From: Octopus vulgaris | Lineage: Eukaryota | Direction of reading: 5' to 3' | DNA length: 64,000 nucleotides | Assembly: GCA_951406725.2 (NCBI GenBank) | Contig: OX597817.1 | Span: 164,982,001 to 165,046,000, forward strand | Shown: in pieces, positions 41,138 to 55,509 of the stretch | Position numbering within the stretch: the stretch's first letter is position 1 | Layout: each line of letters begins with the position of its first letter | The notes under the pieces: model-generated | Databases searched by the model: none | What the model saw: only the letters and a program-made list of their open reading frames with translations | Told to the model about the DNA's origin: nothing | Translations under genes and position numbers: made by a program

Positions 41138-41771
41138 ACATGCAACCTTGTTTCTAGTTCAAATATGCTTGAGGCCCATTCGAACTCGTAAGAAAGCCAT
41201 TCACTATATTTTGTCACAGAGGAGGGTGTTTGTCGATTTCATCGATCCCAGTGCTCTATTGGTACTTATTCTATCAATCTCGAAAGAATGAAAGGTGAAA
41301 TCGAACGTGGTGGAATCCTTCCCTTCATAGATATAACAATAGTATATGATTAAAAAACGATTCTACAATGATTTCTTACAGGTCGAGATAACCTTGTACC
41401 AACAGTCAAAAATCCACCAAGAAGGTGAAATTACACAGAATCGTTGAAAAATCCGAAATAACCATTGGCCCTGTTTTATAATGACTGTTAAATATAGATT
41501 ATGTCACAGATGGCTCAACTTTACAGAAAAACCATAATCCTCCATATTGATCTGTGTAATAAATCATTAAGTTTTACAAACAACCAGTGACATAAAAATA
41601 GGAAGGGTTTGAAATGCAGTTTAGGTTTTGTAGGATGTTGATAAGTACAGCTGTGTATCATAACGATATTGATATGTTTTAAGCACACATCATCACACAC
41701 AGATATGTATTGCTTCCTTTAAGAAATATGCGCTGTCGTCTTGTGCGTCATGTGTGTAAATATATATATAT

Positions 41772-42001
41772 ATTTCTTTACTACCCACAAGGGGCTAAAC
41801 ACAGAGGGGACAAACAACGACAGACAAAGGGATTAAGTCGATTACATCGACCCCAGTGCGTAACTGGTACTTAATCTATCGACCCCGAAAGGATGAAAGG
41901 CAAAGTCGACCTCGGCGGAATTTGAACTCAGAACGTAACGGCAGACGAAATACGGCTACGCATTTCGCCCAGCGTGCTAACGTTTCTGCCAGCTCGCCGC
42001 C
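41772..42001 (-). mobile_element. Family D SINE monomer
   Basis: Head GGCGGCGAGCTGGCAGAAACG to tail AGTAAAGAAATA at (TA)n. Confidence 0.88.
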
Positions 42002-42036
42002 ATTTGTTAAATATATGTGTAAATATATATACTCTC

Positions 42037-42262
42037 TCTTTTACTCTTTTACATGTTTCAATCATTTGACTGCGGCCATGCCGGAGCACCGCCTTTAGTC
42101 GAGCAAATCGACCCCGGGACTTATTCTTTGCAAGCCCAGTACTTATTCTATCGGTCTCTTTTGCCGAACCGCTAAGTGACGGGGACGTAAACACACCAGC
42201 ATCGGTTGTCAAGCAATGCTAGGGGTACAAACACAGACACACAAACACATACACATACATAC

Positions 42263-42320
<58 letters not shown>

Positions 42321-42482
42321 GACAGGCTTCTTTCAGTTTCCGTCTACCAAATCCACTCACAAGGCATTGGTCGGCCCGGGGCTATAGCAGAGGACACTTG
42401 CCCAAGATGCCACGCAGTGGGACTGAACCCGGAACCATGTGGTTGGTTAGCAAGCTACTTACCACACAGCCACTCCTGCGCC

Positions 42483-42483
<1 letters not shown>
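42037..42483 (-). mobile_element. Family A SINE, full length
   Basis: Full-length similarity; shares the diagnostics listed for 39345-39750. Confidence 0.9.
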
Positions 42484-42514
<31 letters not shown>

Positions 42515-42539
42515 CATATGTGTGTGTGTGTATGTATAG

Positions 42540-42607
<68 letters not shown>

Positions 42608-42791
42608 TTGCTACAATTCTTAGGACGACAACTAAAGGAGATTCTATGCGTGTATTCTCCGTTTGTAGGTACTTCTATATATTTTTTGAAAACACACACA
42701 CGCACGCACACACACACACACACACACATACACACACACATACACACACATACATACACATACAAACAGACACACACACACATAGATATGT

Positions 42792-42960
42792 AGGCGCAGG
42801 CGTGGCCGTGTGATTAGAAGTCACCTCCCAACTACATGCTTCTAGGTTCATCCCCACCGCGTAGCACCTTGGACGAATTTTTTCTACTATAGTCTCGGTC
42901 CCACCAAAGTCTTGTGAGTGGATTTGGTGAACGGAAACTGGAAGAAGCCCGTCGTATATA
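42792..42960 (+). mobile_element. Older family A SINE 5' half
   Basis: Diverged head through GAAGCCCGTCG. Confidence 0.75.
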
Positions 42961-43397
42961 ACGGGCGGCTTTTAAGCGAGCTCCTGTGGAGGGCTCTTCA
43001 TTGGGCCTTGGACCCAACAATGACACTTATTGCAAAGTTGCATGATAAACAGCAATACCACAACCATCGCCACCACATCTGCCATATACATCATTCAGAC
43101 TTCTAACGCCACCACCATCAATAACTTTGACTTCGCCACCTTCCTCTCTACAACCATTACCTCTGCCTTTCACATCACTTACTCTCACCGTCATCCTTCA
43201 CCGACTCGGCTAACACCACCACCACCACCACAACCACCACCATCATCACCATCACCTCCGCCTCTATCACAACTACTGTTCATACTATTACTGTCGCCCC
43301 ATTACCATCAGTGTTCAGTATGTTAGTTCATCGTGCTGGTTCAAGGTTCACTCACATACGGGTTTTTTTTAATGTCCTGTACCCATATATGCATGTA

Positions 43398-43742
43398 AAG
43401 GGTAAAGACCCCCTTCGGTCATGAGTGACCATGAGTTTGCACCTAGAGAGTAACCCTCTGAGGCACAAGTCTGGGCAAGGTTGTTTATGGAAGACCAGCA
43501 GTCGCCCATGCATACCGGCCTCCCTCTCCACGTCACCGATGTTATCCAAGGGAAAGGCAAAGGGGCCGATACAGCTTGGCACCTGTGACGTCGCAACTCA
43601 TTTCTACAGCTGAGTGAACTGGAGCAACGTGAAATAAAGTGCCTTGCTCAAGAACACAACACGCAGCCCGGTCTGGGATTCGAGCTCACAACCTCACGAT
43701 CGTAAGCTCGACGCTCTAACCACTGAGCCATGCGCCTTCACA
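43398..43742 (-). mobile_element. SINE family B (tRNA-like head + CORE-like body), full length, 11-bp TSD
   Basis: Head GTGAAGGCGCATGGCTCAGTGGTTAGAGCG; ATATGCATGTA at 43387-43397 and 43743-43753. Confidence 0.9.
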
Positions 43743-44708
43743 ATATGCATGTATATATACATATATATGTAGGTATGTACATATATGTACATATATGCGG
43801 ACATTGTGTACACGCATATTTCTATCTGTAAGCACATCTGAATATGTGTGTGCGTGTTTTTGAAGGGAATTGAAACCGGGTCGTGAGCCTCTTCTCAGCA
43901 GGGGCTTTGTTGTCAGTTAATGCACATATATCAAAGTGTGATCAATTACGAGACATGTCAACTCTCAAAGACTTCAATGCAAAGACAGGGTTGTCAAGAT
44001 ATTAGAGGTGTGTAAATATACACCTACCTACCCACCCACCCACCCACCTACACATACCCTGACACACACACATACATACTACACGTATATATATATATAT
44101 ATATGAAATCTACAGTGGTACACTGTAAAATGTCAAGGTGTGTTAGAGGTTTGGTGGACGTAATTCCGTTCCGTTCAACAGTTTATTTATTGGTTGAGCT
44201 CCTTAACAAACCTAATAGGTACAAATAGCTGTGTTGCCTAACAGTCCACACATCCTATGACAAACACTGACATATTCTGTAGACGCCACCTCACACAATT
44301 AAACACGCATGTACACATTCACGCAAACATACACATATATACACACACATATATAGGCATACGTACAGTCACACATACATACATACTCATGTAGACACAT
44401 GAACAAAGTTTTATGTATACAGAGTTTGGCGTATACTCATTAATATTAAGATTGCATAAATAGAATTCGCACATTAATAATTATTCACTGACCTATACAT
44501 ATAAACACACGCACACACTCACACACACACGCGCGCGTACACACACATTTATATACATTAACATTTATTGAATCTGATATATACATATATATATGTGTGT
44601 GTGTGTGTGTGTATGTATATACACACATACACACTCATTCATGTTAATATACACTCGCTTACGTACACATGAACACGCATACATATCTATATACATCTCA
44701 TTTAGATC

Positions 44709-45010
44709 TGTGGAGGCACATGGCCTAGTGGTTAGAGCAGCGCACTCGCGGTCGAGCGATCGCGGGTTCGAATCTCAGACCGGGCGATGTGTATGTTTAC
44801 GAGTGAAACACCTAAGCTCCATGCAGCTCTGGCAGAAGGTAATGGCGAACTTCTGCTGACTCTTTCACCACAACTTTCTCTCGCTCTTTCCTCCTGCATC
44901 TTGCAGCTCACCTGCGACGGACCGGCGTCTCGTCGAGGTAGAGGAACCTATACGCCAAGGAAACCAGGAAATCGTCCCTATGAGCCAGTCGTGGTTCGAG
45001 AAGGAACAAA
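44709..45010 (+). mobile_element. Family C-related SINE
   Basis: GTGGAGGCACATGGCCTAGTGG head, family C body, CTGCGACGGACCGGCGTC tail module. Confidence 0.8.
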
Positions 45011-46451
45011 CATTTAGATCTATCATATTTTTTTTCCTGTCAGTACACATATTCACACATATACACACACATTAATACAAAGTCTTCGTATATTCGTATA
45101 TTCACATACTAACACTCACTAACCCACACAAAATAAATGAGTTAAAATCCACACAAGTACACACATATTCGCAGGTAGAAACATGGTAAAACGAGCACAC
45201 GCACACATAAATCATATACATGGACATACATATATCGATATTAAGATTCGTTCCTACACTCAGATTTACACATTAACACACACGCACACCGATACACACA
45301 CGAATACGCGTTAATGTATATATTGACGTGAACATACGTCCTCGTACCCTTATAAAGCAAAAATCTTATATACTTATGTATAGCGCTTCTAAGCCGTATT
45401 TTACTACGGCCAAGCATCCGATTGACGCAACCAGCCACAGTATTCTGGTTGGAATCTAATGAGAGAGAAATTTAGTTTCTTGTAGTCGACTTTCCAGTGT
45501 TTGATGCCGAAGTGGAGAAAACTACTCAGAAATGCATACATCCACCGATCCGTGCCGAGGGAGCTCCAAACTAACCTGGTGTGTATACATTTTTTCGTCA
45601 ACAGCGAGAATTTTTCTCCACGACAGCTGACAATGAATGGCTTTCTTACGGGTTCGAATATGTCTTAGAACTGGTAACGAGTTTATATTTATATAAATCA
45701 CTGCTCAGCCCTTCTATTTCAAGTTTAATAATAACGTTTAAACGCATTATGTGTTAGCGAAAATGAAACGGAGAGCTGAACGTTCACGCTTTTTCTAGAG
45801 GTTATTCGGAACATAAATGAAAGGAATGGGGTATAGTCAAGGATTGAAACCGTTTCCTAGTTCACATTTTTAGGCGCTCTCTCCACCTTTTACATTATCC
45901 ACCGTAAAAATTGCAAACAATATAAGATTATTGATTCCCTATACAAGTACATCTCCATAAATTTTGTATTAAGACGGGACAAATTCATAAATCAGTCTTC
46001 AGTTTATTGCCAGTAAACTCAATCGGGATTTCAACTCAGAATGTAAAAGGATGTAATTAAATACTATAATTTAGTTTATTCGTCGTTCTCCTGATCTTTT
46101 CATGACACCACCTTCAGAAACCATATTAATTTCAAGCCATCAAGGGAGCACCTATGTGGTCGTCGACCTGCTAGGAATAGTAACCAAATCTCCCTCAAAC
46201 GCTATTCCCTCGCCAGTATGTTGAAAAATACGACACGTTGAATAATGTAGTCCTGGTTTCCTGGTTTATAAAAACGTAAAAAAGGATGTGTTTGCCATGG
46301 CAAGAAAGCCTTTGATCATAGGTACTCAATTAGGATTGACCTACACCTAAATAACAACGACCACAACAATAAAATTTATGCACTGCATAAAGCATAAAAG
46401 GTGGATTAAAACCGAGACACAGATTGTACTTCAGACTATTTCTTCTTTATA

Positions 46452-46815
46452 GGCGTAGACATGGCTGTATGGTTAAGAAGCGTGCTTTGTCACAGCGTGG
46501 TTTCGGGTTTAGTTTCACTGCGCGGCAAGTGTCATCAACTACAGCCGCGTGCCAACCAATACCTTGTGAGTGAATATGCTTGACGGAAACTGTGTGGAAG
46601 CCCGCTGTGGATGTGTGTGTAATGTGTGTGTACGTGTGTCTTTGTGCTTGCGTTTCTCTCTTCCATTACTTGATAAACGGTGCTGGTTTGTTTATGTTTT
46701 GTAACTTAATGGTTCAGCGATAGAGGCCGATAGAATAAGTAACAGGTTTAAAAATAAGTGTTGGGAGAGATTTTTCAGTGCCTTATCAGTTCAATGACTG
46801 AGAAAAAGTGAAAGA
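46452..46815 (+). mobile_element. Old diverged family A SINE
   Basis: Colinear but mutated head, body and tail. Confidence 0.7.
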
Positions 46816-47849
46816 TACCGTGACAAAGCAAAAACACAAAAAAAAGGGAAAAAATAAGGAAAGAAACTAAACCTTTATAAAACGGAAATATTAAAAGAAA
46901 AAGTATACAGTTAATGAACAACTCTACTTACCACGAACGTGGCTCAAGTCAATCCAGAGACTCAATGTTCACAAATGTGGCTCAAACAATTGTAGTGTTT
47001 TAGTGTTCACGAATATGACTCATGTGAATCGAGGGATTCATTGTAAATACAAGCTGCAATATTGCCGTGAAAGATAATAGTTATGCCCATTGTGAGTTAA
47101 ATTTGAATAAATTTCTTTTTGAGGATCTAAATACACCTTCTCGGACAGAATAGGACGCTAGACTACTGCAGTTTTTCTTTCTTTTTGTTTTTTAAGACTT
47201 ATCAGAAAAAAAAAAAAAATGATAGGTGTACTATCGACTAATGTATTAAGTAAGATATCTATATTTATTCGTAGGGGAAAAAATATAGCGAAACTGGTTA
47301 CCACCAATGAACGAGCTGATGGTCGTTATCTAATGGAATGTCGAGATTATATCTTGTCTAGTCAGCAACCGACTTCTTTATGGAAATCAAGAAAAACAAA
47401 CTGTATTTGGCAACTGATTAGAACCGACAATCTTCTGGGTTTCATTGGATGTATTGATATCTATAATTTATGAATGGAATGATAACACTGTTAGCCATCC
47501 CTTCTCGTCATAAGCATTTTACTACGTTTTCACACAAAGCCAATTTCCTGATAGTAAATGTTATCAGTTACTGTACTTGTCATTGAAGAGTGGACAGTAG
47601 TCTTTGCTGACCTAGTTGGTATTATGTAATCGTATAACGAACAGAGGGCGCAGTTGATCGTATCCTCAAAAGACATTTACAGTTATGTAGTCCAATTTAC
47701 ATCCCCCTGACTTTAAATGAGAAAAAAAAATCATCAGAGAACGGATCGCATATGTCAGAGGCAGATTGTTTCAGTTGTTTACAACACCTCACTTTGGATG
47801 GTTACGAACTTGGAGTAATGATAGAACAATTATCTACTCAATTCTATTC

Positions 47850-48480
47850 TTACAACATGGATGCCTGAACCAGAGAACGACCGTTAGACAAATGATCTAC
47901 TTTCGATCGTTAGACAAATAAACTACTTTCAAGTGACGGTTATGATATTTTGAAATTCATGCCAGATCGTTCCAATAATCGAGTGGAAGTTTTTAATTAC
48001 AAAGCTTTCGATAGGGTCGACAATTAGTAGCTAGCACGGTCCATCTGCAGTGAATTTCGATCCTATTTTCAGAGTCTGGAACGTTTTAAAAGTTTTTAAT
48101 GCAGAGTTGAGCTATGGTCAGACAAAATGTTCATTTACTGAGAACTGTTTGGAACCATACGCATAAATGTCCTCTTTCATCACTCATGGATGTTTCAGAT
48201 TTTGAGCCAATGCTGTCTCAAACTAAGGACGTTTGCGGGTCTTCCCATTCGAGCTAAGACGAAGAAAAGCTATCACCATATGCAGACTACGTGAGCAACT
48301 GATAACGTTTACTATCAGGAAATTGGCTTTGTGTGAAAACGTAGTAAATGCTAATGACGAGAAGGGATGGGTGTCAGGTACCACGGAAAATGCGATGGTT
48401 GGCAATCGTACAGAAGAAATATGTGGCACCACACTTTGTCCAACTGATTCTACCTTGCGCTAAGGGTATACGATTCAGTA
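47850..48480 (+). mobile_element. Highly decayed L1/Tx1-like LINE RT remnant
   Basis: KAFDRVDN at about 48002-48025 (RT motif KAFDRVDH) amid stop-riddled sequence; boundaries approximate. Confidence 0.4.
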
Positions 48481-48840
48481 GATTACTCAGCCACATGTAT
48501 ACAAATTCAATGAACAGATCGTCCAGTTATATGAAGCAAGTAAATACTCCTCGTCGACACCAACGGAGATACTTTAACTTTACTAACTTTAGAATCAATT
48601 AGGTATAAACAAATATAAATAACATAAAACAGCATCTATATACGAATACATGTATATATATACATTATGTACGTATGTATGTAAGCAGACACACATACAC
48701 ACACACACGTGCGCACATATACACATATATATGTGGAAAACCGCTTATTATCAATTGGTCATCGTTATCAAAAAGACTTCAGCCCGAAGTATTTACAATA
48801 AGTAACTCCTAATTTAGATTTGTGGGTTTGAATGTGTGTG

Positions 48841-48884
<44 letters not shown>

Positions 48885-48920
48885 TGTGTGTATAAATACC
48901 TATACATACCTATATATATA

Positions 48921-48963
<43 letters not shown>

Positions 48964-48991
48964 TCAAAAACATACACACGTAGATATATTC

Positions 48992-49154
48992 ACGATGGGC
49001 CTCTTTCCATTTCCTTCTGCAAACTCTACTCACAAGGGTTTGGTCGGCCCGAGGCTATAGTAGAAGACATTTGCCCAAGGTGCCATGCAGTGGGACTGAA
49101 CCCGGAACCATGTGGTTGGGAAGTAAGCGTCTTACCACACAGCCATGCTTGCAC
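48992..49154 (-). mobile_element. Family A SINE 5' half
   Basis: Similarity to the family A head. Confidence 0.8.
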
Positions 49155-49167
49155 CTATTTATATATA

Positions 49168-49600
49168 TATAAAATTAGAAAAAAGCTACCTTTTATCAAT
49201 TCGAAATGAACAATTAAATTACACCATCTAGAAAATTACATATAATAGAAATATTCACATTAAAATAACAATAAAATGACAAAGATTAAGTAAATTGCAA
49301 AAAAAAAAAAATAATAATAACGTATATAAATTTATATACGTTATTATTATTATTATTATTATTATTATTTTTGCAATTTACTTAATCTTTGACATTTTAT
49401 TGTTATTTTAATGTGAATATTTCTATCATATGTAATTTTCTAGATGGTGTAATTTAATTGTTCATTTCGAATTGATAATAGGTGGCTTTTTTCTAATTTT
49501 TTATATGTATAGTATATTCTGTGAAATTTGATTTAGTATCTCTAAATTGAATTTTTTTTCTTTGCAAGTTTTGGATTTTATTCCCTCAAATATTAATAAT
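49168..49600. repeat. Spacer-less palindrome with about 165-bp arms (centre 49330/49331) plus a unique extension
   Basis: CGTATATAAA|TTTATATACG centre; arms complementary with scattered substitutions. Confidence 0.9.
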
Positions 49601-49720
49601 TATATATATATATATACATACATATATAATACATATATATATATCTATGTCTATATACACACATACATACATACATATATATATATATATAGATATATAT
49701 ATATAGAGAGAGAGAGAGAT

Positions 49721-49829
<109 letters not shown>

Positions 49830-50432
49830 CATTTATATATATATATACATATACATATATACATATATATATATATATGTATGTATATACTTACAAACAT
49901 ATGTATATATGTGCCTACGTGTGGTTATAAACACGCTCTTATTTGTACACCTTGTTACACGCCTGCACTATACGCACCTTCTCACCCCAAGACCACTAGG
50001 TATAAACGGTTGTATACCTATACCGACTCACCCAAGGTACGCGGCTTTTTTTTAAGGTGTGTACTTGCATAGAGCCACAAACGCTTTGCTAAGCCGAGTC
50101 AAACATTGCAAATCTGTCGTTCCACTTAAAAGTATTGAGATTTGTGAGACAAAGGCTTGTTACCTGGCTGGCAATAAATCATCATGTTATTAGAGAGGAT
50201 TTAATAAGCAAAGGTACATAATAGATTCGCATGATAGATTGGCGGTTTGTGTTCTTAACTCAGTGGACACAAGAGCCATATTCACCGAGCTACCCACCAA
50301 CCGTATGCAATGGTGAACTGCAGTTATATTAATTTGTGTGTATGTGTATGTGTATGTGTGTGTGCCTCTGTGTGTGTATATATATATATACATACATATA
50401 TATATATACACAAACACACAAACATATATGAC

Positions 50433-50476
<44 letters not shown>

Positions 50477-50494
50477 AACACATACATGTATGCT

Positions 50495-50548
<54 letters not shown>

Positions 50549-50549
50549 A

Positions 50550-50979
50550 ATACTGCTAAGCATTTCGCCCGGCGTGCTAAAGTTTCTTATTTCTTTATTG
50601 CCCACAAAGAGGAGACAAACAAAGATAGACAAAGGGTTTAAGTCTATTACATCGACCCAGGTGCGTAACTGGTACTTAATTTATCGGCCCCGGAAGGATG
50701 AAAGGCAAAGTCGACCTCGGCGGAATTTGAACTCAGAACGTAACGGCAGACGAAATACCTATTTCTTTACTAGCCACTAGGGGCTAAACACAGAGAGGAC
50801 AAACGGATTAAGTCGATTATATCGACTCCAGTGCGTAACTGGTACTTATTTAATCAACCCCGAAAGGATGAAAGGCAAAGTCGACCTCGGCGGAATTTGA
50901 ACTCAGAACATAGCGACAGACGAAATACTGCTAAGCTTTTCGCCCGGCGTACTAACAATTCTGCCAGCTTGTCGCCTTG
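50550..50979 (-). mobile_element. Family D SINE multimer
   Basis: Two tail-A units plus a restarted head fragment. Confidence 0.85.
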
Positions 50980-51454
50980 TGATAGATTAATATCGAAGAC
51001 ATTTAATGTATACGTTATTACATGTTATATATGCCTAGTTAATCACTGATTTACTGATTTGAGAGCTAAAATTTAAACCAAATCCGACAACGCAACTGGA
51101 ATCACGGATCTGTCGTTGCCAAGAGATTGCATATCCTGCAACATTAGTTTGCTTCAGTGAACGTATTTTGCTTTTATTTACAATTCACTTCCTTCTGTAA
51201 TTGGACTGCGGCTATGCTTCGGCAACACCTGGAAGGGTTTGAGTTGAAGAAATCTAATTCAATACTTATTTCTACATTTTCAAGAGACTGGTACTGGAGC
51301 TGTAATAAAACCATCACCACTTGACAGGTTGGGGGGACGTGTAACAAATCACAAACACACACACACACACACACAAACTCTCTCTTTTTCTCTTCCTTAC
51401 TCACACACACACATATACACACACACACACACGATTCTTCCTGCTCTTTAGATT

Positions 51455-53110
51455 CTAAGTTCAAATTCCGCCGTTGTCGACTTTGCCTTTCATTCTTTCA
51501 AGTTTGGTAAAATGAAGTATAAGTAGAATACTGGGATTGATGTAATCAATTTGTCCCCTCCCTTCAAAACCTGCTGGCCTTGTGCCAAGACCATAGTTTA
51601 ATATTTTAAAAGGCGGCGGGTTGGCAGATTCGTTAGTACGCCGGGCGAAATGCTTAGCGGTATTTCGTCTGCCGCTACGTTCTGAGTTCAAATTCCACCG
51701 GAGTCGACTTTGTCTTTCATTATTTCGGGGTCGATTAAATAAGTACCAGTTACGCACTGGGGTAGATAAAATCGACTTAATCCGTTTGTCTGTTCTGGTT
51801 TGTCCCCTCTGTGTTTAGCCCCTTGTGGGTTGTAAAGAAATAGGCATTTCGTCTGCCGCTACGTTCTGAGTTCAAATTCCACCGGAGTCGACTTTGTCTT
51901 TCATTATTTCGGGGTCGATTAAATAAGTACCAGTTACGCACTGGGGTAGATAAAATCGACTTAATCCGTTTGTCTGTTCTTGTTTGTCCTCTCTGTGTTT
52001 AGCCCCTTGTGGGTTGTAAAGAAATAGGCATTTCGTCTGCCGTTACGTTCTGTGTTCAAATTCCGCCGAGGTCGACATTGCGTTTCATCCTTTCGGGCTC
52101 GATAAATTAAGTGCCAGTTACACACAGGGATCGATGTAATCGACTTAATTCCTTTTCCTGTCCTTGTTTGTCCCCTCTATGTTTAGCCCCTTGTGGGCAA
52201 TAAAGAAATAAGAATAGTTAACGCGCCGGATAAAATTCTTAACGGCATTTTTTTCCTTTTTACGTTCTGAGTTCAAATGTCGCCAAGGTTGACTTTGCCT
52301 TTCATACTTACCGGTCGATAAAATAAAGTTGAAGTACTGGGTCGGTGAAATCGACTCACCCCTACCCATCAAAATTGTTGGCACTGTACCAAAATTAGAA
52401 AGAATTATTTAATATTTCGTACTTGAAAAAGGCGCCGAGCTAACAGAATCATTAGCACATCGGACAAAATGCTTAGCAGCATATCATCCATCTTTATGTT
52501 CTGAGTTCAAATTCTGCCGAGGTAGACTTTGCTTTCATCCTTTCGGGGTCGATATAAGTACCAGTTCTACACTGGGGTCGACGCAGTTGACTTGGCCTCT
52601 CACCCGTAATTGCTGGCCTTGTGCCGCAATTTGAAACCAATATCTCGTATTATAATACTTACGGGGCTGGTAAGGCGACGAACTGGCAGAAACGTTTGCA
52701 CGCCGGGCGAAATGCGTTGCGGTATTTCATCTGTCTTTACGTTCAGAGTTCAAATTCCGCCGCGTTCAAAGGTCGACCTTGCCTTTCATCCCTTCGGGAT
52801 CGATAAATTAAGTACCAGTTACGCACTGGTGTCGATGTAATCGACTTAATCACTTTGTCCTTATTTGTCCCCTCTATGTTTAGCTCCATATAGACAATAA
52901 AGAAATAAGAAACGTTAGTACGCCGAGCGAAATGCTTAGCAGTATTTCGTCTGTCTACGTTGTGAGTTCAAATTCCGCCGAGGTCGACTTTGCCTTTCAT
53001 CCTTTCGGAGTCGATAAATTAAGTACCAGTTGCGTACTGGGAGTCGATCTAATCGACTGTTCCCTCCTCTCCAAAAATGTCGGGCCTTATGCCTAGAGTA
53101 GAAACGAATA
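51455..53110 (+). mobile_element. Cluster/multimers of SINE family D (GCCTTTCATCCTTTCGGGGTCGATAAA..AGTACCAG central domain, Meta/MESC-like)
   Basis: About 8 units; 184-bp tandem units start at 51663, 51847 and 52031. Confidence 0.88.
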
Positions 53111-54529
53111 TTTACAAGCTTTGTATTGTATTGTATACGGTTTAGAAAACAAAAGTCCAAGTTATTTATTGGTTTACAGATATTGACTAGAAAAATCTGG
53201 CCATTGTCCACGCAATCATTCATACCAACAGCTCACCGCCTACGTAATACATGGTTCTAGATAAGATGTTACGTTCCTTAAGAAATTCAATGACACTACC
53301 ATAACTTATTGCATTTCATTATCAACATTAAATTCAAAGACATGATCAAAAGTATACGGAGTTTAAGATTATCAGCTTACAATAAAGAACAAAAATATTT
53401 AATAATGAAAATTTTACCGAACAGAAGACGTATTCAACTGAACTGAAAAAAAAAAAAAAAAACACTTTCACTCACTACGTGTCGATTCTTAAGATCCGCC
53501 CTTTCGTGATGTAATCATGAAAATGACAAATAGCTAATCATCCCTTTAAATGTAGTTTCTTCTTTCCAACAGTACAATATACTCAATATGTAGGGAGAGA
53601 TTTACGTAAATTAATGGGTTATCATATCAGTTGGCGTATCGCAAGAAAATGGCGAATGTTTAACAAGATTTCAACGTCACAAAAATTAGCTTGATTTTTA
53701 CTGTCTAATCAACAAAAGAATAAAACAACAGATAAAAAACAACAAATACAACAATAAAAACCAACTAAAAATCATGTAAACAAGAACAATGTTATTTTAT
53801 GTTCGTAATTCCATAACACTTAAATTGAGGTTCTGGATTTTATAACGCGAATTGCGGATACTATAACTGTATAAAGATTTACAGATAAATAACACTAACA
53901 GTTTTACACGCCATATTTTCCTTCTCTTCCTTGAATAGTTGCTATTACAGTTTTATCGTATGTATGTCACATGTTCAATCCTTCTTTTTCTATATCACAG
54001 CTAACGTTTTAATTTATTTATTATGTTTTGTTTTCTTTATAAATACCCAAAAACTTATCGGCAGAAACGACGACGATAGAATAAAAAGGACAAAAACATG
54101 AAAACAAGGCAGTGTTCAGTTGAATTATGTTGCTATTTTTACATACAGGACACGGTGAGAGTGGGATACTTAAAATGGAAGTAGATTCCGAAACTACATC
54201 CGGTTATGTGTTGCCTTCGATTGAGGTGTAGGAAGTAGGCAGAAGAACGTTCGAGTTTAGTGACCAACAAAGACTATTTCTTTGCTACATCACGAGTCTT
54301 AAATCTTTGTAATATTCTGATTCCAGTAAGTCTATAAATTTAGTTCAAGGTATTCTTGGAATTCCTTTACATCGTATTACGATTTCAATGTGAACTGTGA
54401 GGGCGCAGCGATCGTGTTGCACTTGCGTAACACCCATACTACAATATACACTTCAAGAAGTCGTTTACATTCAAAATTTTCAGGTCAGACGATATGGCTT
54501 AATTTCATCATATTATACAACTTGTATAG

Positions 54530-54622
<93 letters not shown>

Positions 54623-54723
54623 ATGTATACACACGCATACATGCATACATGTACATACCCCCATACATATACACACACACACACATATATATATACGTAA
54701 ATGCATGCACGTATATACATATA

Positions 54724-54791
<68 letters not shown>

Positions 54792-55509
54792 TATATATGT
54801 GTGTGTGTTTACATATACATATACATATATATGCATAAATATGTATGTGTGTGTACGTACGTATAAATTCGTAATGTATCAATGACGTATATATATACGT
54901 AAATGTATGCATGTATACACACACACACACACACACGCATATATACACACATATATATGCATATATATTATGTGTATGTATGTATGTGTGTGTGTACGTA
55001 TGTATAAAATTCGTAACGTATAAAGTACATAATTACGAGAGGGAATGCGTGTATAAAATGTTCGAATAAGGAAGGATAATAATGTACAGATATTTGTGTG
55101 TTTTTCTTTAAAATTTGTTTAAACGAACGTTTGGTGTCTGTGCTAGAATATGTCACTGAGCTACGAAAAGTCATATTCACACATTTGCATCGATAAATAA
55201 ATGCACAGCCTGACCAACAGACAAACAGTCATAGAGACGGACAAACGGATAAAGAGATAGACAGAAAAAAAGATGGATAGATAGATAGATAAACAGAAAG
55301 ATCGGATATTTAGGTAAACTAATATATATATATATATATCGTTATCTTTTACTGTTTCAGTTATTTGACTGCAGCTATGCTTGGGCATCGTCTTGATGAA
55401 TTTCACTGACATTAATCGACCCCAGGACTTATTTTTTAAAGCCTGCTTCTTGTTCAGTCGGTATGTTTTGCCGAATCGTTAAATTACGGGAACGTAAACA
55501 GACCAACAG

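Noticed and set aside
51610-52210. CRISPR-like array
   Set aside because: 184-bp SINE units without unique spacers, in a eukaryotic context.
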